The notes below the pieces were generated by a model. The model ran no database searches. It saw only the letters and a list, made by a program, of their open reading frames with translations, and had not been told where the DNA came from. A program made the translations under genes and the position numbers. From positions 69,316,001 through 69,380,000 of the forward strand of contig NC_043008.1 of the NCBI RefSeq assembly GCF_006345805.1: a DNA stretch of 64,000 nucleotides, read 5' to 3'. The DNA is from Octopus sinensis (Eukaryota). Position 1 is the first letter of the stretch. The number at the start of each line of letters is the position of its first letter. Below are positions 28,632 to 42,609 of this stretch, one piece after another.

Positions 28632-28663
<32 letters not shown>

Positions 28664-28900
28664 CCCCTGTGACCGCGTGTGTATTGTTGGCGATTTTCTT
28701 TCTCCGTCTTCCCTTCTTTGGACTTTTTCTAAATTTTTGATGTATGTGTGTGTGTTAAATAAAATGAGACAACAAAGCCAAGGCAGTGTGAAATTTCTCG
28801 GACATTTATAAAGTGAAAAGTAGTCTTACAACTGTTTCAGGAATATAACAGGTATCCCATAATCAGAGACGATATGAGAGAGTTAAATATAAGGAAATAG
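28250..28900 (-). mobile_element. Two tandem PLE-like terminal fragments, each with a hammerhead-like motif
   Basis: Minus strand CTGATGA..GAAACAGCTATA (28315-28355) and CTGATTA..GAAACAGTTGTA (28826-28866); the flanks of the two copies are homologous. Confidence 0.65.
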
Positions 28901-28956
28901 TAGATACCGACAAATTAAATTCTAAGCTTACAAAGAATAAGTCCTGAGGTCAAGTA

Positions 28957-29293
28957 AGGGTAAAGACCCCCTTCGGTCATGAATGACCATGGGATTGCAC
29001 CTAGAAAGTTACCCTCCCAGGCACAAGTCCGGGCAAGGTTGTTTATGGAAGACCAGCAGTCGCCCATGCATACCAGCCTCCCCTCTCCACGCCACCAGTG
29101 TTATCCAAGGGAAAGACAAAGGTCGATACAGCTTGGCACCTGTGACGTCGCAACTCATTTCTACAGCTGAGTGAACTGGAGCAATGTGAAATAAAGTGCC
29201 TTGCTCGAGAACACAACACGCAGCCCGGTCCGGGATTCGAGCTCACAACCTCACGATCGTAAGCTCGATGCTCTAACCACTGAGCCATGCGCC
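28957..29293 (-). mobile_element. SINE family C
   Basis: Colinear with 9010-9326. Confidence 0.9.
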
Positions 29294-29790
29294 TTCACTT
29301 TTGAGGTCAAGTATACATATACATATATATATAGATATATATCAGTAATTAAGATTCAGTCTGGTATTACCTGCACAAATCGAAGTAAGGTGAATAAAAT
29401 CAAAATAAGTAACAGTATATCAGGTAGTAATTCAATACGACCATTTCAAGCGACTCTCTTTAATTGTTCAATTTAATGGAGCCCCCTGAGGCGGTCTCAC
29501 TGCATTACTACTTGATATCCTGATGCTTATTTTGATTATGTATATATATATAAAGTGACACAAACGCAGCTGCATGAACAGAAACGTATTTGGCTGAATT
29601 GTATATGTCTGATGAAAACTTGACTCAGTTGCACATTGCATTAAGTTTTGTGGGCATGGAACCCAGCCATATCATCAGGGTTTTGGCACTAGACACTCAA
29701 CGTTTGATGTAATGTATTCTACGCCTACGGAACTGTGGTGTTTAGTCAACAGACACTTGCACAGAGACATATACAGACACACACACACAT

Positions 29791-29877
<87 letters not shown>

Positions 29878-30021
29878 CATATATATATATGAGCACACGC
29901 GTAGGTGAAGAGTGTTCGCGTGTATTTTAGATTGACCTTAGTTGTCCCTTAATGGAGCAGCTACTTTCGAAGCAAAGAAACAAATCACCGTCTTGAGAAC
30001 ATTTGCGGAACGTTTATACAT

Positions 30022-30268
30022 TCTACTTGTTTCAGTTATTAGACTGCGGCTATACTGGGGCACCGCCTTGAACTTTTAGTCGAGTGATTCGACCTAGTAC
30101 TTCTTTTTTTAAAGCCCGGTATTATTCTATTGATCACTATTGCCGAACCGCTAAGTTACGGGAATGCAAACACACCAACAACTGTTGTTTAGCGTTGGTG
30201 CTGGGAGACACACACACACAGATAGAAAGACACATACGCACAAATACATGCATACACACACACACACG

Positions 30269-30302
<34 letters not shown>

Positions 30303-30465
30303 CATATATATATACGACGGGTTTCTTTCAGTTTCCGTCTACCAAATTCACTCACAAGGCTTTGGACGGCCCGAGTCTATAGTAGAAGACACCTTCTCAG
30401 GGCGCCACTGAACTCGGAATCATGTGGTTGGGAAGTAAGCTTCTTACCACACAGCCACGCCTGTT
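30022..30465 (-). mobile_element. SINE family B
   Basis: Full head-body-tail. Confidence 0.85.
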
Positions 30466-31511
30466 TTTGAATAGCTTTGCATATTCGTACTATTTCTTGT
30501 AGAAACTGCATTTGAATATCGCGTGTAAGCTAATCACTGTCTTTACGTGGAACCTCCAAACTTAACGCGTAGTTGTTTAGTAACATAGCGAAGTACATCA
30601 TTACTTATAGATATGAATATAGTTATGTAATCTGAGCAGAGAACGTCTTGTCCATAAATCTTTCGTTTCTGAATGATTTAGAAAGAAATATTGATAACTA
30701 CAAGATTGATGGTTTCTGTTGGTATACATCATTCTCGGCCCAATATAGCCATAATACGCTTGTTATTTATGGACAAGAGCCATCTCAATACTGGTCATAT
30801 ATTCATACTTGTATCTATAATTTTTTTGTGCACTTGGTAATGTTTCTAAATGTTTTAGTACTTATCTTTGTGTTTCACAGAAACAAAGGTCATATTTGCA
30901 CTCACTTTAGTGGATGTTTTGCCGGGTATGTTCCGTCCTGTAAAAACATTTATTCATTAAACTCCCAAAACATTTTCTTTATGTATCCCCGAGCATTTTT
31001 TTTCTTGCCAGTTGATCGTTGTGTACTTTGTTTCAGCAACACCATCATACCACTTTGAAAGGGAACACCTTAATCGTAGTTCGACATAGCAACTGATGAC
31101 GTGTGATCATCGTACACGTAATGGTCGCATCTGAACTTTTGGTCAATAGACATTTCGTTGTCAATTCCTGTTCGTTTATACCAAAAGCATAAACTTTCAA
31201 GTGTGGCGTTTTGTAACGGTCACGAGCCTAAGACAGGTGGCTCTTCCTGTCGATATTAGCATCGACCTCATATTTACAAGAGCCATTCCTAGAGAATCCA
31301 TTACCTATGTTGTTATTCAACACAAGATCATCTTTGATTCAATACACCCAGTATTGTTGTTGCTCCTCTCGTGGATTAATTCCGAGTATAAACGCGAGGC
31401 TGAGACATTTGTGTGTGTGTGTGTATGTGTATATGTATAAATATATATTCTTTCATTCTTTTACTTGTTTCAGTCATTTGACTGTGTCCATGCTGGAGCC
31501 CCACCTTAATG

Positions 31512-31830
31512 GGTATAAACGCGTGGTTAAGGAATTCGGCTCACGATCGTGAGTTCGATATGCAGTGGCGCATTGTGTCCTTGAGCAAGATACTTTATCT
31601 CACATTACTCCAGTCCACTCAGCTGGCAAAAATGCGTAATACCAGTAATTCAAAGGGCCAGCCTTGTCACATTCTGTGTCATGCTGAATCTTCCCGAGAA
31701 CTACATTAAGGCTACGCATGTCAATGGAATGCTCAGCCAGTTGCACCTTAATTTCACGAGCAGGCTGTTGTTGATCGGATTAACTGCAACACTCGTCGTA
31801 ACCGACAGAGTGCCAGTTTAATCCCAGGTT
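31512..31830 (+). mobile_element. SINE with family C-type core and a different 3' tail
   Basis: GAGTTCGAT B-box, CCTTGAGCAAGATACTTTAT, CTCCAGTCCACTCAGCTG; the tail differs from 9010. Confidence 0.7.
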
Positions 31831-33015
31831 AGCCTTGAACCAGCAAACCAATAATTATTTGTAGTTAGTTTTAAAACTCCAGGTCAGTCTTGATCAAGCA
31901 GACCTTGCAATATTGTTGCTGTTGATAATTCTTGGCCCCGGGTCACCTCTGATCTAAAGTAGTTTTGTTGTTGTTGTCGTTGTTCAATCCCAGGTCATAC
32001 TTGATCCAGCAAGCTGTTATTCTTAAGTCGTAGGTCATCTCCGTTCGGACAGTGCTTTATAACCTGACGTATTCCAGTCGTGACCTCTCCATATTTGTAT
32101 GCTTCAGTATGCAAAATATTCAATATGGCCTTATTTACGATGATAGAGGCGCGATCCGAGGCCGATCTGACAGCTATTTCTAGGAAATTGGTCGACCAGA
32201 AACATTGCTGGTTACTTAATTTGTCCCATGACCTTGGTGAATGATGAGCGGTAGGACTCAAACACTAGATGTCACATGCTTATCCAAGGGTTCAATACAT
32301 GATATTGATGCCCTAGTCCCTTCTGCGCATCATCGGACTTTCATCTTACCAGTTCCATTTGTTAATACAAAATAGGAGTATAGTTCTATAAAGAGTAGAG
32401 GCATTTGTTAATGTCAGAGAAATGTTTCTATTGAGGAACCATGCTCCTACTTTGATTTACGACTTGCTGGAGTTTAATATTTCACAGTTAAGTTCTTTGT
32501 TCACTAACACAACAAGGTTTTATTGCATTTTATTGCATTGTGGTTCCTGTTTACAGCTAGATGCGCTGGACTATTTCAATGAAGCAATGAATTATCAATG
32601 CACCTTTGACTTGTTTACTATTGCTCAAGTTTCATTAATGGACGTATCTTAATCTTCGCACGAAAAGGCTGATCATTATTTTCATTTACACATCTGTCTA
32701 ACTGACGTTGACAAACATCTACCCGCTTTCACCTTTCACCAACGTTCACATTTCACCGACGTTCGCTGTTCACAGACGTCTGTCGACGGTGATGAACACT
32801 GCAGCAAGACACGAATACGAATATTTATCAATAAATATGCAATGGCATATTTCTCTATTATTAAACATGTAAACCACTTAGTGAATGATAGAACGTTATA
32901 GAGCCAGATAATATGCATTGTAATATAAAGTTACATACCTTTACCAAGTTCAGTGTTCATCCGGGACACAAAAACACATGCATACAGATGTATATATATA
33001 TATAGTATATATATA

Positions 33016-33053
<38 letters not shown>

Positions 33054-33065
33054 GGTGTGTGGTGT

Positions 33066-33104
<39 letters not shown>

Positions 33105-33204
33105 TATTTCTCAAAATAAGGAGTAGAAGGACAGCCGACAACTGAAGAAGCTTCTTACCACACAGCCACTTCTGCGCCTACATACATACATACATAATAC
33201 ATAC

Positions 33205-33256
<52 letters not shown>

Positions 33257-34181
33257 TATATATATAATATATATATATATACGATAGGCTTCCTTCAGTT
33301 TCTGGCTAGTAAACCTATTCACAAGAGTTTGATCGGCTCCATGTCTATAGCAGAAAAACTTAATGTATCAGACAGTAGGTCTGACCAAAACCATGTTGTT
33401 GAGAAGCAAAGATCTCAATACGCAAAAGCGTGAATATAATTAATTTTTGTGAATATCGCTTTGTGTGGTTCGAACTATTAATTAGAGAATCTAAATAGTC
33501 AATTGGATTTAAAAACTTGCAGAGAAAATATAATTTATTTTGAAATCTGCCGACCCGTGTTCAATAAAGGATATTATAAAATCTTCTGTATATTTAAATA
33601 CCATGTTGGTTTCGATCTCAGTGAACACAAGTTTAATTATATAAACTATATTTCTAATATATAGAATGAAGTATGACAGCAGAAAATCATATATATATAT
33701 ATATATATATATGTATGCACATACACAGACACACACATATACATATATATATTATATATATTATATATATATATATATAAATACATGTTCAAACACACAA
33801 ACAAATTATATATATTATATATATAATATATATATATATATTAATATATATTAATATATATACATATGTATAAATAATGCACACAACTATATACAAAACT
33901 TAACCGATATACACCGTTGAGAGTTTGTATTTTGCCCCAAGAAAAATACTTTCATACGCATAGGCATGTTGAAACGAAGCAATATACACGCGCGCGCGCG
34001 TTTATTGATGCCATCATAAGAACTTATAAACTTTCGCGAGAACGTGAAATGATTCCTCTTTTGATTTCGAAGCACGTATAATGATATTATAAACATTACC
34101 TTGTAGTTATTGGGTTGAAAATCCTTCGGCATTCAAAAGGGTTTTTCAGTCCAGTCAATGTTATTATTTATAGCATCAAAA

Positions 34182-34280
34182 GACGGCGAGCTAGCAGAAT
34201 CGTTAGCGTGCTAGTCGAAATGCTTAGCGGAATATCCCAGTCGCTATTTCTGAGTTCAAATTCCGCCGAGGTCGATTTCT
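34182..34280 (+). mobile_element. SINE family A, 5' part
   Basis: GACGGCGAGCTAGCAGAATCGTTAG...GAGTTCAAATTCCGCCGAGGTCG. Confidence 0.85.
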
Positions 34281-34319
34281 AAGATCTTGTTCCTATATAT
34301 ATATGTATATATATATACC

Positions 34320-34442
<123 letters not shown>

Positions 34443-34479
34443 AATATATAAAGTTAATCCAAACAAGAAGTACAAAAAA

Positions 34480-34650
34480 AAAACACAACAACGCGAGGAC
34501 GTGGAACAAATATAGTATTATTGACGCTCAGGAAAGAAGGAGGGTTTAACGTCTCGAGCGGAGCTCTTCGTCGGAAACATTGGAGAGGAAAGATCTAGAG
34601 AAGGGAAGACATGGAAAAAAATCGCCAACGGTACACACAAGGTCATATAT
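34480..34650 (-). mobile_element. Short PLE-derived element with degenerate minimal hammerhead
   Basis: Minus strand CCGACGA-A-GAGC-TCC-GCTC-GAGAC-GTT-AAA, followed by TTCCTGAGCGTCAATA shared with 57.3 and 63.8 kb. Confidence 0.6.
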
Positions 34651-34653
34651 ATA

Positions 34654-34684
<31 letters not shown>

Positions 34685-35231
34685 ATATACATATATATAT
34701 ATACATAATATATTATATAGAGATATATATATATATATAATATATTATATATATTATATATATATATAATATATATATATTATATGTCTCTCTTCTCTCT
34801 CTCCTGCGACCTGCTGCTTCTTCACCATTCTGTTGGCCTTCGTATCTTGACCAACAGGTCCCCGCTACCGAAACGGTAATTATTTCTACGCCAGCTGCTA
34901 TGTTGTTGTTGTTTTGTCTCATTGGTCAAAGTCGTATGACAACCACCGTTATATATATTTTGTTATTCATTACTGTTTTCAATTTCGTTTTCGTCTCTTG
35001 TATTCACATCCGTCTTGTGCGTTCACATCCTGTCTTCTACCAAGAAATCTAATGCTTACAGCTTAGTTTTTTTTCTTGGGGCTGGCCGAGTTGGAGCAAA
35101 TATCAGAATTGAACAGCCGAAATTGCTATGAATTCGTGTCTGACTGAAGATTGAAGGCTTCGAATGATTTGTCTGTGTCCGTGTTCGTCCTTCCTGTATT
35201 TCACGTTCATTATATATAAAAACATTCATCT

Positions 35232-35262
<31 letters not shown>

Positions 35263-35555
35263 AAAAATTACAACACCAAACTGCTAGAAATAGACCCAAA
35301 CTGGTCCATGAGACACTTAGATTATTAATCCAATACACAAGGTTGTAGGCGAGGAAAATAGACAGCTTACAACATTGTGTAGTGGAGTAATAATCTAAGT
35401 GGTTCATATACCAATTGGTGGGGTCTATTTCTAGCAGACTGGTGTTGTAATCATTTAACATCCCCATTATAATTTTAATATAAATTAGCCATTATGGTAT
35501 TTTTAGTGTGCTGGCCACTGAGAAATTCATTAAATGATGAATTTATCCTAATTAC

Positions 35556-35591
<36 letters not shown>

Positions 35592-35664
35592 TCCTGCTTA
35601 TTGTTCTTTCAGTCTTTGTCTTTACTGTAAATTTGAAGTATACATACATACATACATACATACA

Positions 35665-35700
<36 letters not shown>

Positions 35701-35924
35701 TATGTAGGTATATATGTATGTAATTATAAGATCCATGGATCTAAGTATAGGCTGTTTGTAAGTTTCCAGCATTTCGTTGTAGGTATAAAAAACAACGTCC
35801 AGGAAAATAATTTATTGGCGTCGAAAGATGTAGGCCTTCCACATTTCGAAGTTTCATAAGCTGAAAAAAGATTTTTATAGCTCACCCAACAACACACAGA
35901 CACACACAAACACACACACACACA

Positions 35925-36345
35925 CATAGGCGCATACATGGCTGTATGGTGAGAGGTTTGCTTCCCAACCACATGGTTCCAGGTTCAATCCCACTGCGTG
36001 GCACCTTGGGCAGTGTCTTCTACAATAGTCACAAACAGAACAAAGCCTTTTGCGTGATATTGGAAGATGGAAACTGAAAGAAGCTCGTCGTATATATGTT
36101 ATATGTGTGTGTGTGTGTGTGTGTTATGTGAGTCTTTGCGTCTGTGTTTGTTTCCCTTCACCGTTTGAAAACCGGTGTTGGTGTTTTTCGCGTCGTCATA
36201 ACTTAGCGGTTCGGCACAATATGCCGATAAAATAAGTACCAGACTTAAAAGCAAAAGTCCGGAGGTCTATTTCTTTAGACTAAGGTCCTTCAAGATGGTG
36301 CCCCAGCATGGCCGTTGTCTGATGACTGTAACAAGTAAAAGAAGA
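35925..36345 (+). mobile_element. SINE family B
   Basis: Full head-body-tail. Confidence 0.85.
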
Positions 36346-38367
36346 ATAAAGTAAGAATATATATGTATGTATATATACATATATATACATATATCTATAT
36401 ACATACATATATATATATATAATATAGAGCGAGACAGTTTTCGTGAATAGCAGGCGGGACATTATTTTTGTTCGCTCCGATATGTATTATGTCTTTAGAC
36501 AAAATGTCTATGAAATGATTTTCTCGCAGACGAAGATCCACATCGTCATGCTTCTCGACGGTGTATATAAATAGGTGGCTATTTGTATGGCTCATAGATA
36601 ACTGTTGTATTCTATCGCTGTCTCTCTCTCACACACACACACACACAAATGTATGTATGTATATGTGTTGCTTGTGTGCAAGTCTCTATGTGTATATATG
36701 TAGGTTGAGAAAGTAGTAGAGTGCCAGAGGAAAATACCATACAAAATTTATTGGTATTACTTAACATTTTGCATTGAAATTCTGTTGAGAATATATTTTA
36801 TCTTTGACTACTTCGTGGTCAATAAAGACAATACCAGTAATAATATATGGGATCGATTTTAACTGACTGCATTCCCACTCTTTCACACATGTTGGTGTTG
36901 TCCTTTACCAAAGTGAATCAATATTTATGTCTGCACGATCAAGCGACTTTTAGCGAAATCCGATAACAAATATCAAATATCTTCAGTTTTTTCCTTTTTC
37001 TTTTTCTGTTTTTGTTTTGCTTAAATTTTCATTTGGCACAGCATAGAATTGTAGTCATATCTATTTCCCGCCCTGAATACTCTAAAATCACCATGCTCCA
37101 TACTTTTAATTTTAGTGAAATCGGCAAATATTTCCGCCCGCTATATCTCAAAAAGAGTCCACCACGTTCCGCAGATTAATTTCACTAAAATTAGTGATAT
37201 TTTAAAAAATGGCTTCCAACTCTGTAAAAACTGCCACGACCCTTGCATTCAATTTCATTGAATTCTCTAGTAATATTTTTTCTCCCCGTTCTGAATGACG
37301 TAAAAACAGCCATACCCTACACATGAAATTTCATGGAATCGGTGATTTAAAAAATTTTCTTTGCATTTATTTATTTTGCTTTTGTTTCATGCTTGGAATA
37401 TTGTAAAAGCAGCCATATCCTACACATGCAATTTGACTGAAATTAGTGAAAAACATCCACGTCCCACACATTAAATTTAACTGAAATCAGTGATTTTACA
37501 CCCCGCCTCAAATTCCATAAAAACAACCATGCCTCCCCCCAACTCACATTTAATTTCAGTGAAATCAGTGAACACAACAATACCACAGATTTTTTCATTG
37601 AAATATATCACGGCAGCTGCCATCGTTGCTCTTGTTGACTGAATGTTTCTTTTTTCTTTCTTTGTTTTTGCGTTTCGTTTTCTTTCAGACAACACAGTTC
37701 TGTAACTTAGACGTGTTCACAGTGATTCGCTAGCTAGCAAATCTGTGCTACAACAATGAACTTAACATAATGAAGAAGAAACGCGATTTTATTCAGTGTC
37801 TCAATCAATATATTTCTTTCTAAAACTAGAACTACAAAAATAAGTAGAAACTAAATTTTGATAACTGATTGCCAAAAATAATTTGTTTTTTTCTTTATAA
37901 TTTTTGTTTTCGTAATGACGTCTGCAATATAACAGTTTCTTTTACAGGATCACTGTGAAACATATTGAGATTTTAGTGAAATTTCTTATAAATTATAATA
38001 CAAGCCGCTAGCAAGCTATTAGGTCTGATGTGCAAACACATATTCCATGTGACTATTTGTATATGTCTGTGTAGGTATGTAGTTATGAGTGTGCATGTCT
38101 TTTTGAATGAGTGTGTATATGTTGTCGTTTTTTTTTATGCGAAGGAATATATTTAGGAACGAATTCGTAAAGCAAATGTATTTGTATGCATCATTTCTAG
38201 ATATTCTTATGAGCAGCGCTAACACAGATACACAAAAGCAGAAATACCGTGAAGCAGACGTACATATTGGCATATTTATTATGTGCGTTAGAGTATGTTC
38301 ATACACATACATACATATATATACATATATATGTTTGTGTGTGTGTAACATATGTGTGTTGTAAATG

Positions 38368-38441
<74 letters not shown>

Positions 38442-39636
38442 ACCTCTTCTGAATTTCATTATCAATGAAGTTTATTCTGAGAATTGCGCAATTTGAAGTA
38501 TATTTACACGTGTATCGGCAGTTTCGGATGTTCTAAAAATTCTATCAATGCCGGTACGTAATAGAAGTTGACAACGATCTTATTGTGTTCACTTTAGCGC
38601 GTATATCACTTCGTTTATTTTCCTCGTCTCATACATATATATATATATATATATATATAGATATATATATATATTATATATATATATATATGCATATTAT
38701 ATATATATATATTATATATATATACATATATATATATGCATACATACATACATGAATACATACATATATACACAAACACAAACACGTATGTATACATATA
38801 TTTCTAGGCACGCGTATATTTATGTGTGAATATTTACCTTTAGATACATATTTACTTTTAAATACATACACAGACGTAATATAATAGCATAAATTTACAT
38901 AAACTAAAGCAGAGACGCGTAGATAAAGCAGGCTCACATTCACAAATATGTAAACAACTTTGCACGACATACCAAAAATCGGTTTTAATAAACAAACACC
39001 TAACTACCCACTCTATTTATACATGTGTGCAAATGTGTATGTATGTATGTATGTATGTATGAATGCATTATGTAGGTATGAATTTATGTATGTATTTATG
39101 TATGCATATTTGGTTCTTTTATGATTACTTTAGGTTTCTTGCTGGAGAAATCGTCTGAGAGTATATTAACGAATCAGTGTTTCCTATGTTCACATGAATA
39201 TCGTTAGCGTTCAGTACATATATTTTGGTGCGCGGCAGCATCACTTAAACGTTATATTATTGTCAAAATTTTCCGTTGGAATATATAGTTTCCCGGCCAC
39301 ACACACACACACACACACACATACAAATATACACACACACATGCATTTAAATACAGTCTTTCCCTCCCTCTCTCAAATTCACTTACTATTATCCCTATAT
39401 CAAAGAAACACCAGTTACGTAATTAAGTTGATTAGCTTACAGCTGTTTCCATTCAAAGTCTTAAGCAACACGCAATATGAGAATCTATTAATTCCTCCAC
39501 TTTTTCCAACGCTGTTACTACTTATTCTTTACATATCGCTCTATGCTTTGTTATTGTCTATATGTGTATCTCACTCTTTTGGTTTGTATACACACTCACA
39601 CGCAAAAACGTCTAAGTATGTATGTATGTATGTATG

Positions 39637-39670
<34 letters not shown>

Positions 39671-39692
39671 TGTATGTATGTGTGTGTGTATG

Positions 39693-39723
<31 letters not shown>

Positions 39724-39724
39724 T

Positions 39725-39946
39725 CATCTACTTGTTTCAGTTACTTGAGTGCGGCCATATTGGTGCACCGCCTTTTTAGCCGAAGAAATCGACCCCAGGA
39801 CTTATTCTTTGTAGCGCTGGTACTTATTCTATCGGATCTCGTTTGTCGAACCGCTAAGTTACGGGTACGTAAACACACTAACATCGGTTGGCAAGCGACA
39901 GTGGGCGGGAACAAACACAGACACAAAATCACACACACACAAATAT

Positions 39947-39950
<4 letters not shown>
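39725..39950 (-). mobile_element. SINE family B, 3' half
   Basis: Homology to 18990-19200. Confidence 0.85.
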
Positions 39951-39978
<28 letters not shown>

Positions 39979-40149
39979 GTGTGTGTGTGTGTGGTGTGTG
40001 TGGTGTGTGTGTGTGTGTGTGTGTGTGTGAGTGTGTAGGTTGTTTCATATGAAATGTCGTATTTGAAAGGTAACAACAAAATGTTTCAGAAGTGTCAGAG
40101 AACTGATTTATTTAATTAAAGTATGATCCATGTTCACTTATGACGTTTA

Positions 40150-41200
40150 CCCAACGTTTCTCTATGTCTTATATTCCGTCTTTTAAAAAAATCATCCTTT
40201 GCCGTGATAAACTCTCCGAATGCTTCAATTACCTATTCTCTACTTAAGAATGTTTTATAGCTTATGAAAAGCTCAGAATACTTAAATAAGTGATGATCAA
40301 TCAGTAAGAAAGATAACAGGAGAATAGGGAGGAATTTGCAAAATTTCATAATTCAGGCTTTGCAACTTTTGGACCGTAGCTTGAGGAGTGTGAGGACGTG
40401 CATTGTGGAGCAAAATTAGGCCAGCTCTATTCACTAATCCGGGTTGCTTTTTTTTTCAAATTCTCATGCATACAATCAGTTTCCTGGCAATAAGATGTTG
40501 CTGTTACCGTTTTTCTTGGTTGCAAAAATGAGTAATGAATAACTACCATCGCAGACTAACATACAATGACCACTAACTTTTTAGGGTACGATTGTGGGTT
40601 TGGGTAGTGTTTATGTGACTCTCCTGCATCTAATCACTGTCCTATTCTCCTGCTGTTGTCAAGGAGTATCCATTTCTCATCACAAGTAATGAATTGATGC
40701 AAAAATGGTCTTTTTCAGTCGAGAAAGCAATAAAGATTACACTTCGAGGCGTCTGATTTTTGAATCGCGTTCAGTTGATGTGGAACAAACCTGCTTTCTT
40801 GACTTTTCCAATATTTTACAGGTGTCCAAAAGCAGGTGTTCGAGAGATTTGGAGTTCTGATGAAAGTTTTCGAACCTTTGTTCTCGAATTTTGTTCAACC
40901 AAAGCAATTAATCTCTCATGCCGAATAACTTATTTTGGCCTACCCCTTGGTTTATTTTCAAGGCTATCATCTCCTGAAGAGAGCTTTCGGAACATTTCTG
41001 AACCGTTCTGATGTCAACAAAAACATTACCAAAGGACTGCTTGATATTCTTTGGTGCTTCTGCGGCAGAGTGACCCACGTTGAACTTATACGAGAAAATC
41101 ACTTAACATAGTTTGGTTTTTATCATTTTCATAAGTTCAGTGGGTACGAATTTTGTATATCAATATTGTTGGGAAATAAAAAGAGCCAAGATTAAATGCA
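40150..41200 (-). mobile_element. Old mariner remnant (cecropia/Hsmar1-like)
   Basis: Minus strand reads IFSYKFNVGHSAAEAPKNIKQSFG..RTVQ and PFLHQFITCDEKWILLDN; TIRs not resolved. Confidence 0.8.
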
Positions 41201-41282
41201 AGGTGTACATAATTGAGCTTTTAGATCACTGAAATAACAAGTAATCAAAATTGCGCCATTTCATGTGAAGCAACCTAATATA

Positions 41283-41690
41283 TATGTATTTGTGTTTCTC
41301 TTTGTCTTTTACCACCGCTTGACAACCGGTGGTGGTATGTTTACGTTCCCATAACTTAGCGGTTTGGCAAAAGAAGCAGATAGCATAGGTAGTAGGTTTA
41401 ACCCCTTACCCAACAATTATTTTGAAAATAAATGTATTTTTTCAGACATATTTTTTAATTGTTTTATTTTTTAATTGTCGATTTTGGCGAGTCTATCTTT
41501 TGACGAGTTAACTCGCCAGAGATAGAAAAAAACGATTTAAGTCAAAACGCATATATTCGTTTCTGCCGGGTAAGGGGTTAAAAGAAATAATAAGTCCTTG
41601 TATTTGATTTGTTCGACTTAAACCCTTCAAAGCAGTGTCCTACTATGGCAGCAGTGAAACGTCTGAAACAAGTTAAAGATAAAAGATAAA
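41283..41690 (+). mobile_element. SINE family B 3' half interrupted by a MITE
   Basis: SINE sequence resumes at 41582 (AAAGAAATAATAAGTCC). Confidence 0.8.
41402..41577. mobile_element. piggyBac-type MITE, 176 bp
   Basis: TTAA-CCCCTTACCC...GGGTAAGGGG-TTAA; TTAA at 41398-41401 and 41578-41581. Confidence 0.85.
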
Positions 41691-41774
41691 CTATATACAC
41701 ATACTTAGAGAAGTTTGAATTACGATTTTCTTAAACTATATTTTTAGAAAAACGTTTACATTTGCATATGTAAA

Positions 41775-41856
<82 letters not shown>

Positions 41857-41908
41857 CTATCTATCTATCTATCTACCTATCTATCTATCTATCTTCCCAC
41901 TCTCTCTT

Positions 41909-41963
<55 letters not shown>

Positions 41964-41991
41964 AAACATACATAATTAAAATCAATTAAAG

Positions 41992-42350
41992 TTAATGATC
42001 TTCAATGGCCAGCATATATAAATAAACACCATATAGTTAAACATTAATATAAATATATGATTATATAGATATAATTATAATTATGGGTACTGAGAAACAG
42101 CACCTACACACTAGAAATAGAGGTCAAAAACTCTAAGAAAAATACCGCTTCAAATTACACTCCATTAGCGCAAGGCTGAAAACGAGCAAATGATTAAAGC
42201 GGATTTAGTAAAATTTTGACGTTTATCTCCAGCGTGTAGGTGCTGTTTCTCAGTACTCTCAATTATAATTATATCTATGTAATTATATATTTATATTAAT
42301 GTTTACCTCTATGGTTGTTATTACATGCTGGCCACTAATAAGATCATTAA
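41992..42350. repeat. Fold-back/MITE with about 138-bp inverted arms
   Basis: 41992-42129 versus 42214-42350, e.g. GTACTGAGAAACAGCACCTACAC / GTGTAGGTGCTGTTTCTCAGTAC. Confidence 0.85.
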
Positions 42351-42609
42351 TTATTAATGCACGTACATTTATTTATTCACTCCGATGCTGATATTTACTG
42401 AGGTATTATCTTGATTTAATATGGAAATGATTGCGATGAATGAATTTGCCTCATATATAAGTGTAGATGTATTCTTATATTCTTTTACATGTCTCAGTCA
42501 TTTGACTGCGGCCATGCTGGAGTAACACCTTTAGTCGAACACATCGTCCCCTGGACTTATTCCCTGGATCTCTTTTGCCGAACCGCTAAGTTACGGGGAT
42601 GTAAACACA

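Noticed and set aside
31092-31130. CTGATGA-CGTGT..ACACG hammerhead-like start
   Set aside because: GAAA is replaced by TAAT and there is no stem I
31995-32261. 88-aa minus ORF with apparent splice sites
   Set aside because: The apparent donor lies in a CCAGGTCA..TGATC motif repeated four times at 31820-32010, and no protein family was recognised
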